Below, in pieces: positions 21,177 to 33,539 of a stretch of DNA of 64,000 nt. A program made the translations under genes and the position numbers. The notes under the pieces are model-generated. The model did not search any database, was not told where the DNA came from, and saw only the letters and a list, made by a program, of their open reading frames with translations. The DNA comes from Somniosus microcephalus (lineage: Eukaryota), in NCBI GenBank assembly GCA_052327205.1, contig CM126207.1:102238001-102302000 (forward strand), in the 5' to 3' direction. Numbering within the stretch: position 1 is the first letter of the stretch; each line of letters starts with the position of its first letter.

Positions 21177-24100
21177 TGTTGTGTATGTACCTTTAAGAGA
21201 GAACTGCTTTTATACTGTAGTACCGGCAGTGACCACACCTGTATATAAAGCCGTAGCAGGCTTCTGTGCTTTCAGTTCCAGCATACCCTCTGTTCAGTAA
21301 ACACCTGTTATTACCGTTCCCCTGCAGTCCGTGTGTTATTGATACGCGGACACTGCACTGGCGACGAGCAGGTTCGAACTAACCTGCAGTACTGCATCAC
21401 CTCACGGGGATCCATCCCTGAAAAGAAGCTTCTTGGAGGTCGAAGTCAGAGCAACGGGCGTCGACCGCGGGCAACCGCCCAGTGATCCATCGGAGTTCAG
21501 AGAATCGCAGGGGAGGCTGTGGAGAGCTGGGCTTGGCTCCCCAGTCAAGGTGTTCCAGCAAATCGTGCTGGTAGCAGGTAGTGCGCTGACTGCGGCGGGC
21601 TTGAGCTCGATCGAGTGGCTCTGCAAAGGGGCCGTAAAGAAAAGAGAGAGAGGGTGGAGTGCTCAAGAGTCGTGCAGCGTTAGAGAAAATAAAATGAGGG
21701 GAAGGAAAAGAGACGCGCAGTGGACAGCGTCGAAGAAGAATAAAACTAAGGAATTGAACTAACAAAAGAGAGACGCGCCGAAGCCGCGGGGCGCCGCCAT
21801 TAGTATTTAGAATGCTAGGAGCAGCATTGGCAGCAAGGGGAAGAAGGAAAAGCGTGGGAGGCGCCATTTTAATCCACTGAGGAAGAAGGAAAAGCGTGGG
21901 AGGTGCCATTTTAAACCACCCAAGATGCCGAAGAGTGGCAGTATCACTGCTTTCGACAACGGAATAGAAGACTGGACCACGTATGTGAAAAGAATTGAAG
22001 TGTACTGCAAGGCAAATGAGGTGGCCGATGGAAAGAAGGCGTCGGTATTATTAAATTTGATGGGCGCGAGAACGTACGGCCTATTGCGGAATTTAATTAC
22101 CCCAGCTAAACCAATGGCGAAAAGCTTTGAAGAGATTGTCAATATCTTACAGGAACATCTAAACCCTATACCGCTGCTGATAGCAGAAAGATTCAAGTTC
22201 CATAAAAGAAACCAGCACAAAGATGAGAGCAATGCTGACTATCTTATGGAACTACGCAAGTTATCGAAGCACTGCCAGTTCAGAGCAGGACTGGCAGATA
22301 CCTTAAGGGATAAGTTTGTCTGCGGGCTCCAGAGTGAAGGAACCCAGAAACGACTACTTTCGGAAAAGGACCTGATGCTAGAAAAGGCTTTCAGCGTGGC
22401 AGTATCCTACGAAGCAGCAACACGGGGAGCTGCGGAAATACAACAGAAACCGCAAGAATATAGCACCAATGAAATGGCATATGGAGCAGAAAAGTGCTAT
22501 CGCTGCGGCAGAACAACCCATGACCAGAGGGACTGCTGGTTTAAGGACAAAGTATGCAGGCAATGTGGAAAAGTGGGACACATAGCAAGGGTCTGCAGGT
22601 CGGGAAAGAAAACCAACACTACAAGAACTGCTAAGGAAAAGTACAAGAAAGTAAAAAAACGACAGACAGTGGTTCAGAAGATCAGGAGAGTGATAATGAC
22701 TCCGGGAGCAGGAGACTAAGTTGTCTAAAGTTACACAATGTGATCGCAATGGAGGAGCACCGAACCATTTGGGTCACCCTCATGATAGCAGGGTCCCAAG
22801 TAAAGATGGAATTGGACACAGGATCAGCCCTAACTGTCATGAATCGACGAGGCTATGAGCGGCTATTCTCACACATACCCTTGAAGGACACGTCCATTGT
22901 ATTGAAGACATATACGGGGCAAAAAGTCTATCCCAGAGGAAAAATAAGGGTGCCCGTTAAATACAACGGCAAGAAAACACAGAAACTGTATCTATATATA
23001 CTACAAGATGGAGGACCACCATTATTGGGACGTGAATGGATCCGAAAAATACAATTGGATTGGCATTCCATTCAGGCGCAAACTGTGGCTGACAAAAAGG
23101 ATGACGACGTCACACCTGGATGACTGTCAAAAGTTCTAACTGACGCGAAAGAGGTGTTCCAACAAGGACTTGGGACTCTAAAAGGAGTAACGGCAATGAT
23201 AAAAATGGAAGATAATGCAAACCCAACATTTTTTAAGGACAGACCGGTACCGTACGCGATCCGCCCAGCCGTCGAAGCAGAGCTGGAGAGTCTGGAGCGT
23301 TCGGGTGTGCTGTCCAACGTAGACTGGAGCGAGTGGGCCACACCCATCGTTCCTGTAATGAAGAAATCATTGAGCAGCACGCCTGGGGAGCCGAAGAAGG
23401 GTCGCATCTGTGGGGACTTTAAGATAACTGTGAACCCAGTCCTGCACACAGTACAATATCCACTTCCACGGATAGAAGATAGTTTCGCCTCAATATCTGG
23501 AGGAAAATGCTTTATGAAGATTGATCTGGCCCAAGCATATCTACAAATGGAGGTAGAAGAAGCATCTAGGAAATACCTCACGATAAACACTCACAAAGGT
23601 CTTTACCAGTACAACCGACTGATATTCGGGGTAGCATCCGCTCCGGCTATTTGGCAGAGGGCGATGGAACAAGTCCCGGGGACCCAGTGTTATTTGGACG
23701 ACATCCTGGTTACGGGCGAAAATGACAGTGAACACCTTGCCAACCTGGAGCAGGTGCTCACTAGATTACAAGAATATGGGCTACGAGCCAACCACCCCAA
23801 ATGCGAGTTTTTCAGGAAACAAATCTCATATTGTGGCCACATGATTGATGAGGAGCGGTTACATAAGTCCCCAGACAAGATTGAGGCAGTAGTCAAGGCT
23901 CCAGCACCGGAAAATGTGTCGCAACTGAAATCATTCCTCGGGTTGGTGAACTACTACCATAAGTTTGTGCCGAATTTATCTACAATTCTGCACCCACTGA
24001 ATGCCCTGCTGCAAACTGGAGTAGCATGGAAATGGAGTGATGAGTGTAAGCGTGCCTTTCAGAAATGTAAATGCCTAATCACTTCAAAAGAAGTATTGGC

Positions 24101-26155
24101 CCACTACAATCCAACACGACCGATTCGGTTGGCATGTGATGCGTCACCCTACGGCATTGGAGTGGTGCTGTCACACAAATTCCTTGACGGTTCAGAGAGG
24201 CCAATAGCCTTTGCGTTGCGCTCGTTAACCTCAGCCGAGCGTAACTACGCCCAGATTGACAGGGAGGCCCTCAGCCTGGTGTGGGGGGTGAAGAAGTTCA
24301 ATCACTATCTGCATGGGCAGAAATTCACCCTACTGACTGATCATCAGCCCCTGTTCTCCATTTTTAACCCAAAGAAGGGCGTTCCGGTGATGATGGCGCA
24401 ACGGCTGCAAAGATGGTCCCTTTTTCTAGGGGCACATCAATACGACATAGAGTACAAGGGTACGAAACAGCTTGGAAATGCTGATGGGCTGTCGCGCCTA
24501 CCGTTGCCTACGGTGGAGGAAGCACCTGCAGTGGACCCTGTTGAGATATTCCATGCGACCATAGTCGAATGTCTACCTGTTACAAACTCAAGTATAGAGA
24601 AGGAAACCCGAAATGACCCGACACTCTCTCGGGTCTATGATTTGACGGTGAAGGGATGGCCAGCACATGGCGACTCACTGTTGCCAGCATTCTCGCCAAG
24701 GAGAGAACAGCTGTCAGTGTGCCGGGGGACCTTGATGTGTGGATCCCGAGTGGTAATTCCACCCAAGTTGAGAGAAAGAGTGCTCAATGAGCTTCGTGAG
24801 GGTCATCTGGGAGGGGTAAAAATGAAGAGCCTAGCCAGGGCATTCTTGTGGTGGCCGGGAATCGATAAAGTAATCGAGGATATGACCAAGAGATGCACAG
24901 GATGCCAGAAAGTCCAAAACGCTCCACCACAGGCCCCGCTACACCCATGGGAGTGGCCCTCATCTCCATGGCAAAGGGTACACATTGATTTTGCTGGTCC
25001 ATTCATGGACTCAATGTTTTTAATCGCCGTGGATGCACATTCAAAATGGCCAGAGGTCATCAAAATGCCCTCCATCACCACGGAGAAAACTATTGCAGTC
25101 CTATGGACCATCTTCGCCAGGAATGGCTTGCCAGAACAGATTTGCTCCGACAATGGACCACAGTTTGTATCCGAGGATTTCCGGAGGTTTTTGAGGAATA
25201 ATGGGGTAAAACATTACACATCTGCCCCATATCATCCAGCCACAAATGGATTGGCTGAGAGGTTTGTTCAGACCTTCAAAAAAGCAATAAATGCGATGAA
25301 TAACGACGACATACCACTACAACACAAGGTGGATAATTTCTTGTTTGCTTATCGGAATGCGACACATGCAGTCACCAACCAAGCTCCAGCCATAATGTTC
25401 TTTAACCGAAGGTTAAGATGTCACCTGGATTTGCTCTAACCAAACATAAGACGAGATGTTGTGGATAAGCAATTCCAGCACATCAATGAGAAGCCAACTA
25501 GGAGCTTCAAGATAGGGTAACCAGTCCTGGCCCGCGACTACCGAACAGAAAAATGGCAGCCAGGAATGATATGCACCCAGCAGGGACCACTAATGTACAC
25601 AGTGGACGTTGGAGAGGGCATCTTAAGACGCCATGCTGACCAGATTCTAGAGTCACAGGAACAAGTCAAACCCATACCACGAGCATGTGCACCTGGTGAT
25701 GAACCCGAAGTACAGATTGCGTCTACCTCAGAGTCAGTGGTATTGGAAGCTGACGAACCAACCAATGACAATGAGCCAGAATCGACTCTGCCGCAAGAAC
25801 AGGATACTCGAGAAAGGCGCTATCCAGACAGGATCAGGAAGCCTCCTCAAAGACTGAATTTATAAATGATTACTTCAGTTGATGTATATAGTACAGAGAA
25901 AATTGTAATTGTAATTAGTTATTATTTAATTGTTAAATGAATGTTATGTACTATTTATCTAAAAGGGGAGGAATTGTTGTGTATGTACCTTTAAGAGAGA
26001 ACTGCTTTTATACTGTAGTACCGGCAGTGACCACACCTGTATATAAATCCGTAGCAGGCTTCTGTACTTTCAGTTCCAGCATACACTCTGTTCAGTAAAC
26101 ACCTGTTATTACCGTTCCCCTGCAGTCCGTGTGTTATTGATACGCGGACACTACA
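21177..26155 (+). mobile_element. Full-length decayed Gypsy LTR retrotransposon A2
   Basis: 181-bp LTRs at 21177-21357 and 25975-26155 (4 differences); perfect TSD ATGTG; PBS TGGCGACGAG at 21359; PPT AAAAGGGGAGGAA. Confidence 0.97.
21925..25865 (+). pseudogene. gag-pol: gag-pol of Gypsy A2 with a frameshift and stops
   Basis: Gag 21925-22719; PR 22740-23123 (LDTGS); RT-RH-IN 23154-25439 (YLDD, ACDAS, SDNGPQF); C-terminus to 25865. Confidence 0.93.
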
Positions 26156-26875
26156 ATGTGCAACAAAAGTACGAGTAGAAATTCAGAGTACATAAAGCTG
26201 AGGGTGGTGAGTTATGAGTGGGTGTGCGTTTTATGCAGACTAGCAGAAAGAGCGCGGAGGTTAAAATAAGTACGTCTGTATTGGCAGCTCTCAGTGATGT
26301 CGCTCCCCAGTTTCTCTATTAAGCCCTGTTGCGTGAATTCTTTCTTTATTGCCCTCCTGAGTGGAACCCACAACATCTCAGTAATATTAAGCATTCTATG
26401 CTGCAAGCTGTAGACAATAGTTCACAGCCCAATAAAATCACTGTACATTTATTCTCCCAGTAGAAATAAGGATAAGAATGCGATAAGTTACCCAAAAGGA
26501 AAACGGCCTTTATATTTTGTGCCCTTTGCTTGAATGAGAGTGATAATGCTGCAGCAAGAGGGAAACATTTATTAATCTCAGATCATCTAACAGTGGAAAT
26601 GCACGCAGCTGGTGGAACAACACATTAATTTCATACTCATTTCGTTATCAATGAACCATGCAGAATTAAAAGTGCTCTGTGCACTATTTGTAGCTCACAG
26701 GTTAGTGCATTTGTATTAAGTAATCATTTGTAGTGTCTTTACCCATTTCAAATAAATGGGTTCACAATTTTGTGGCGATAGCCCACAGGAATTTACTGCA
26801 AATTATTAACCAGTGTGCTAAAATTGGCGCACAAGAGGAATTTCAATCCGCAGTCTTCACTCTTCTGAAAGCAAA

Positions 26876-27676
26876 GGGGTCGATTTTGTCGAACCTGTCG
26901 GGAAGAAGGCGGGACTTCCCCTTTCGGGTTTTAGTCCCGCCTACATTGACGTCCAGCCAATCCGCGCGATTTTCCCTTGTTGAGTCCGCCCGGCAACAGG
27001 TGACGTCACAGACTGCAATTTCATCTGTCAAGATTTCCTGACAGATGAAATATCAGTGCTTCACAGCTGTTTGAAGCTGTCAAACACTGACAGTCTGACT
27101 TCTAACCTGAGTCCTTCTGCGCAGACTCATTTAGAAATCTCAGCAGCACTAAAAGCTGAAGGCTGTCACTTTTGACAGATCGCAGCCGTTCAGCTTTCAG
27201 CTCCGGCTGAGTGATGCAGCTCCCGACGCCTACAGGAACAAAGGCTGTGAAGGTAAGCACAGGTAAGTAAAAGTACTTTACACACTTTAGACACACCAAA
27301 CACACTTACCTTTACACTCATGCACCCATCACTCACCTGAGCGCCGACATCGCGACCCCTCCAACTCCTTGAACCCGACGGCCCGCCGCGCCAACCTGGC
27401 GTGGTTTGGAGCCGTTGGGAAACCCACACGAAACCCCTCAAAATGGGGATTAGGCTAAAAACTGCCTGTTAACTACCTGTTAACAGGCAGTTAATTGGCA
27501 CTAATCCCTTCCCGCCTGGTTTCGACGGGTCCCAGTGCGGGGCGGGTACCCGCCGCCCCTGAAACTTACGTGGGGTGGGGTTTTGGGCGGGATGGTGGCG
27601 GGACCCCCAAAGTTGGGATTTCCCCCCCCCCCACACGCCTGAAACCCCGCCTGACGGCTCCCCGAAAATCTAGCCC
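26876..27676. mobile_element. Harbinger-type MITE
   Basis: TIRs GGGGTCGATTTT / AAAATCTAGCCC; 3-bp TSD AAA. Confidence 0.7.
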
Positions 27677-28089
27677 AAAGTCTCTGGTGACGATGGCCCA
27701 CCATAAATTGGGCTTAATGCTGAGAACTGTTTGGACAGTGGCCTGAGAGGGACAAAATGGCAGTTTTTTTTTTAAAGCTCAAGCCAAAGATCCATTCTGA
27801 TAATGTGGATCACAGCAAATAGTTCCCCGGGAAATATTAATGCTTAGCCATCACTTGGCAGCTAGGCGTTGAACTTTTGACTCACTGGACCATAAAGCTA
27901 GAGATACATGCGTCCCTCCTTGCCATCCCTGTCCCCTCAGAAGTCAAACATTTGTTTAGAGAATACCATTAAATAATACCACTGCTCCCACAAGGAATGT
28001 TTGTCCAATCTTTACTTTCTTTTGGGGAATTACAAGAACATGCAATCATATTTGTCATATCATGAAATATGATGCTGGGATTATACACA

Positions 28090-28280
28090 ATCAGGGCAAT
28101 TTGAACCAAACTCGCCCATCAGTAAATTGACGGGATCGGATGCAACGCTGCTTTTGCACACCGCCTGATTTTACTCTCCATTGCAGTCAATGGCGCGTAA
28201 TATAGGGCGGGATATAAATCCAGCGTTCCACCCGATCCCGTCGGTCGCCCGCCCAGTGAGTTAGGTTAAAATTGCTCCCC
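28090..28280. mobile_element. Short MITE
   Basis: Inverted ends GGGCAATTTGAACC / GGTTAAAATTGCTCC with an internally palindromic body. Confidence 0.55.
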
Positions 28281-28529
28281 ATTTGTCGTGTTGTTTGTAA
28301 ACAAAAACAAAATAAGAACACACTGTTTCATAACCATGGCGCCTAAAATTGAAAAATATATACACCAGACAGCCTGGCAACTGCCACAATAAATTCAGAA
28401 AAAGGCATTTCTTTTTAAAGGAACAGCAACCATCAAATTTAGGTCTTTCTGAATAAACTTGCAATGGCTAAATTTAGAATACTTTGGGGATTTCAATTTG
28501 ATTCACATCTCTTCCCCATCATACTGATC

Positions 28530-31390
28530 TTTGGTGTCACCAACATCTGGGGGCTTGTGCCAAAATTGGGAGAGCTCTCCCACAGACTAGTCAAGAAACA
28601 GCCTGACATAGTCATAATTACCAAATCATACCTTACAACTAATGTCCCAGACACCACCATCACCATCCCTGGGCGTGTCCTGTCCCACCGGCAGGACAGA
28701 CCCACCAGAGGTGGTGGCACCGTGGTATACAGTCGGGAGGGAGTAGCCCTGGGAGTCCACAACATTGACTCAGGACCCCATGAGGTCTCATGGCATCAAG
28801 TCAAACATGGGCAAGGAAACCTCCTGCTAATTACCACCTACCGCCCTCCCTCAGCTGATGAATCAGTACTCCTTCATGTTGAACACCAATTGGAAGAAGC
28901 ACTGAGAGTAGCAAGGGCACAAAATGTCCTCTGGTTGGGGGATTTCAATGTCCATCACCAAGAGTGGCTTGGTAGCACCACAACTGACCAAGCTGGCCAA
29001 GTCCTAAAGGACATAGCTGCCAGACTGGGTCTGCGACAGTTGGTGAGGGAACCAACAAGAGGGAAAAACCTACTTGATCTCGTCCTCACCAATCTACCTG
29101 TTGCAGATGCATCTCTCCATGACAGCATTGGTGGAAGTGACCACCGCACAGTCCTTCTGGAGACGAAGTCCCGTCTTCATGTTGAGGATACCCTCCACCG
29201 TGTTGTGTGGCACTACCACCGTGCTAAATGGGACAGATTTCGAACAGATCTGGCAACTCAAAACTGGGCATCCATGAGGCACTGTGGGCCATCAGCAGCA
29301 ACAGAATTGTATTCAACCACAATCTGTAACCTCATGGCCCGGCATATCCCTCACTCTACCATTACCATCAAGCCGGGAGACCAACCCTGGTTTAACAAAG
29401 AGTGCAGGAGAGCATGCTGGGAACAGCACCAGGCATACCGAAAAATGAGGTGTCAACCTGGTGAGGTTACAACACAGGGCTACTTGCATGCCAAACAACG
29501 GAAGCAACATGCGATAGACAGCTAAGCGATCTCACAACCATCGGATCACATCAAAGCTCTGCAGTCCTGCCACATCCAGTCGTGAGTGGTGGTGGACAAT
29601 TAAACAGTTAACAGGAGGAGGAGGCTCCAAAAATATCCCCATCCTCAATGATGGTGGAGCCCAGCACGTGAGTGCAAAAGACAAGGCTGAAGCATTTGCA
29701 ACTATCTTCAGCCAGAAGTGCCAAGTGGATGATCCATCTCGGCCTCCTCCTGAGGTCCTCAGCGTCACAGATGCCAGTCTTCAGCCCATTCAATTCACTC
29801 CACGTGATGTCAAGAAACGGCTGAAGACACTGGATACTGCAAAGGCTATGGGCCCTGACAACATTCCGGCAATAGTACTGAAGACTTGTGCTCCAGAACT
29901 ACCTGCGCCCCGAGCCAAGCTGTTCCAGTACACTGGCATCTACCCGGCAATGTGGAAAATTGCCCAAGTATGTCCTGTCTACAAAAAGCAGGACAAATCC
30001 GACCCGGCCAATTACTGTCCCATCAGTCTACTCTCAATCATCAGCAAAGTGATGGAAGGTGTCGTCGACAGTGCTATCAAGCAGCACTTACTCAGCAATA
30101 ACCTGCTAACTGATGCCCAGTTTGGGTTCCGCCAGGGCCACTCAGCTCCTGACCTCATTACAGCCTTGGTCCAAACATGGACAAAAGAGCTGAACTCAAG
30201 AGGTGAGGTGAGAGTGACTGCCCTTGACATCAAGGCAGCATTTGATCGAGTGTGGCACCAAGGAGCCCTAGCAAAACTGAAGTCAATGGGAATCAAGGGG
30301 AAAACTCTCCATTGGTAGTAATCATACCTAGCACAAAGGAAGTTGGCTGTGGTTGTTGGAGGTCATTCAGCTCAATCACATGACATCACTGCAGGAGTTC
30401 CTCAGGGCAGTGTCCTAGGCCCAACCATCTTCAGCTGTTTCATCAATGACCTTCCCTCCATCATAAGGTCAGAAGTGGGGATGTTCGCTGATGATTGCAC
30501 ACTGTTCAGCACCATTCGAGACTCGTCAGATACTGACGCAGTCCGTGTCCATATGCAGCAAGACCCGGACAACATTCAGACTTGGGCTGACAAGTGGCAA
30601 GTAACATTCGCACCACACAAGTGCCAGGCAATGACCATCTCCAACAAGTGAGACTCTAACCATCTCCCCTTGACATTCAATGTCATTACCATCGCTGAAT
30701 CCCCCACTATCAACATCCTGGGGGTTACCATTGATCAGAAACTGAACTGGCCCAGCCATATAAATACTGTGGCTACAAGAGCAGGCCAGAGGCTGGGAAT
30801 TCTGCGGCGAGTGTCTCACCTCCTGACTCCCCAAAGCCTTTCCACCATCTACAAGGCACAAGTCAGGAGTGTGATGGAATACTCTCCACTTGCCTGGATG
30901 AGTGCAGCTCCAACAACACTCAAGAAGCTCGACACCATTCAGGATAAAGCAGCCTGCTTGATTGGCACTCCATCCACCACCTTCAACATTCACTCCCTCC
31001 ACCACCAGCGCACTGTGGCTGCAGTGTGTACAATCTACAAGACGCACTGCAGCAACTCGCCAAAGCTCCTTCAACAGCACCTTCCAAACCCGCGACCTCT
31101 ACCACTTAGAAGGACAAGGGCAGCAGACGCATGGGAACATCACCGCCTACAAGTTCCCCTCCAAGCCACACACCATCCTGACTTGGACCTGTATCACCGT
31201 TCCTTCACTGTCGCTGGGCCAAAATCCTGGAACTCCCTTCCTAACAGCATTGTGGGTGTACCTACACCATATGGACTGCAGCGGTTCAAGAAGGCGGCTC
31301 ACCACCATCTTCTCAAGGGCAATTAGGGATGGGCACTAAATGCAGGCCTAGCCAGCGACGCCCACATCCCATCAATGAATTAAAAAAAAA
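28530..31390 (+). mobile_element. Near-complete ORF2 of a CR1/L2-group LINE (APE plus RT), decayed, poly(A) tail
   Basis: APE motifs (GGGTVVY, YRPP, GDFNVH, LDLVLTN, SDH); RT motifs (QFGFR, DIKAAFD, GVPQGSVLGP, FADD); A-tail at 31382-31390. Confidence 0.93.
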
Positions 31391-31799
31391 CTCCTGAACC
31401 CTGCATGGCAAAAGGCTGTAACAATAGATTGTGAGGTAGTCTGAGTCTATCAGTCAGTCATTCAGCACGAGTGTGGAATAATGACAAAAATTCTCACTGT
31501 CAAAATACTGCCGTAGCTCAAAATAATTTTAAAAATGCACCGAAACTGTTATGAACTTCTCTAGTCCCCCTCCCCCCCACACCCACAAAGGCCTACTAAA
31601 GGCTGCATCACATTAACTGTGGCTGAGCCATGAAACAGTGATGACTAAGAGAGTGCAGCATATAATACCACTTCAAATTATTAATCACCTTGTTGTAAAT
31701 ACCTGCCACCATATTTGGGAGCTTTCTTTATTCTAGCCAGTGACACAAATGTTCAAAATGGGTCTGTCAACATTTGAAGGTGTCTGCTTATGAATATAT

Positions 31800-33300
31800 T
31801 GGCTGCGTTTATACTTACCTCGGCAGGTGACGTCGGTGGCAGGTCGCTGCCCCGCTGCTGGCTCCATGCCGCTGTGTAAAATGATTTTCTGTTCATTGGG
31901 CTCATTAAGCCCGCCCAGTGCATTACCCGGCCAATTAGAGGAAGCAGGTCTGGTGACGTGATTTCATGATGTGTCATCATCTGATTTCCTTAAAGGGACC
32001 ATGGCCACATTTGTCTTGACATTTGTGCGGTCAGTGTTCTACAGCACTGAAGTGCTGCAAACACTGACAATGACTGCACAAAGGCAGAGGGCTGCACCCA
32101 GGCTCTCCCATGACTCCCTCCATATGCTTATGGAAAGAGTCACAGCACGCAGGGAGGTCCTCTTCCCTTCTGATGGGTGGAAGAGACCTCCCCAGGAGAT
32201 CAAGACAGCCTGGTTGCACGTTGCAGAGGAGGACACAAGCAGGGATGTGGTCAGGAGGACCTGGGTGCAGTGCCGCAAAGTTTCAATGATCTCAGTAGAT
32301 CACGAAACGTTAGTACAAAGCCACATTCAACTACATCCTGCTGTGCCTCTCATCACATCCCCATCACCCTGCCTTCCCTACCCTACTCCTGCACATCCTC
32401 ACTCACACCAACTTACCTTGCACCTCCACCCATCCCTCTCTATCTACATTATCACATCCCCATCTCACTAACCACCCCTCACACTCATTCTAGTGCAATC
32501 ATACCAACTAACAACACACAAGGGTAGGCATTTGGGTGTTTTATGCAATGTTCATGTAAAGTTTCTGTTAATGTGGTGTCAAACATTGAAATCTTTATTT
32601 TCAACACTTTGCATTCTTGGACAGGTTTGGAAGTGGCTTAGTGAGTTGCACTGAATGGCAAGACATAATGGTACCCTCCGCAATGGTGATGAGTGTGAAA
32701 GGAATGGCTTGGGAATTGTTGGGATGCATTATGGTGTTGGTGTGGGGTGGTGCCAACCTGGTGCATCATGTGGCAGCCAGGGTGTACAGCATCAAGGTGA
32801 AGTAAATCTGGCCATGGTGAGGCCATCCCTGGCCTCCCGGGCAGCAATGTAGTTGGGTGCTGATGCCCTGTGTCCTGTGCAGCATCAGTTGATTGTGGAG
32901 AAGGTTGGTGTTATTGCTGGAGCTGCTGGTGTTGGGGCTGATCGCGGTGGGATTCTGAGGACCAAGGTGAGAAAGAGTATAAAGGGCACCCATGCTGATG
33001 GAATAGATGGCAGGTGAAGTAGAAATGGCAGAAGCATTCTGTCAATGAAGTGAGTGGTTGGAGAGTGGAAAGCCTGCAGAATGTTTGCTGGAAATGGAGA
33101 AAGAAAAAGCTTCAGCCTGAGGAAAGTGAATATCAATCAGGTGGGAGCTTTTACTGTACATTTGAAGCTGTCAAGTAATCAGCTGGAGCAATAGCCACTG
33201 AACTCACACCTCAGCTTGACAGCCATGGTCTGCGCTCAGCGGAGATCCCATGGTCATGAAGTTAAAGACAAAAGGTAAGTGGAAAAAAAGCTATTAAGCA
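31800..33300 (+). mobile_element. Internally deleted PIF/Harbinger element: Myb/SANT-like ORF (+) and transposase C-terminal remnant (-)
   Basis: APRLSHDSLHML...RREVLF...AW..VAE...RTWVQCRK (Myb_DNA-bind_5-like); minus strand near 32790-32850 reads IAAREARDGLTMARF*. Confidence 0.75.
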
Positions 33301-33539
33301 TCTGGCAACTTTTTTTTATTCATTCATGGGATGTGGGATGCTGGCAAGACCAGCATTTATTGCCCACCCCTAATTGCCCTCGAGAAGGTGGTGGTGACCC
33401 ACCTTCTTAAACCGCTGCAGTCTGTGTGGTGAAGGTACTCCCACAGTACTGTTAAGGAGGGAGTTCCAGGATTTTGACCCAGCGATGATGAAGGAACAGC
33501 AATATACTTCCAAGTCAGGATGGTTTATGACTTGGAGGG

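Noticed and set aside
25865-25975. Possible env or extra ORF in the Gypsy elements
   Set aside because: Only about 100 bp lies between the pol stop and the PPT in A2 and A3, and none in B.
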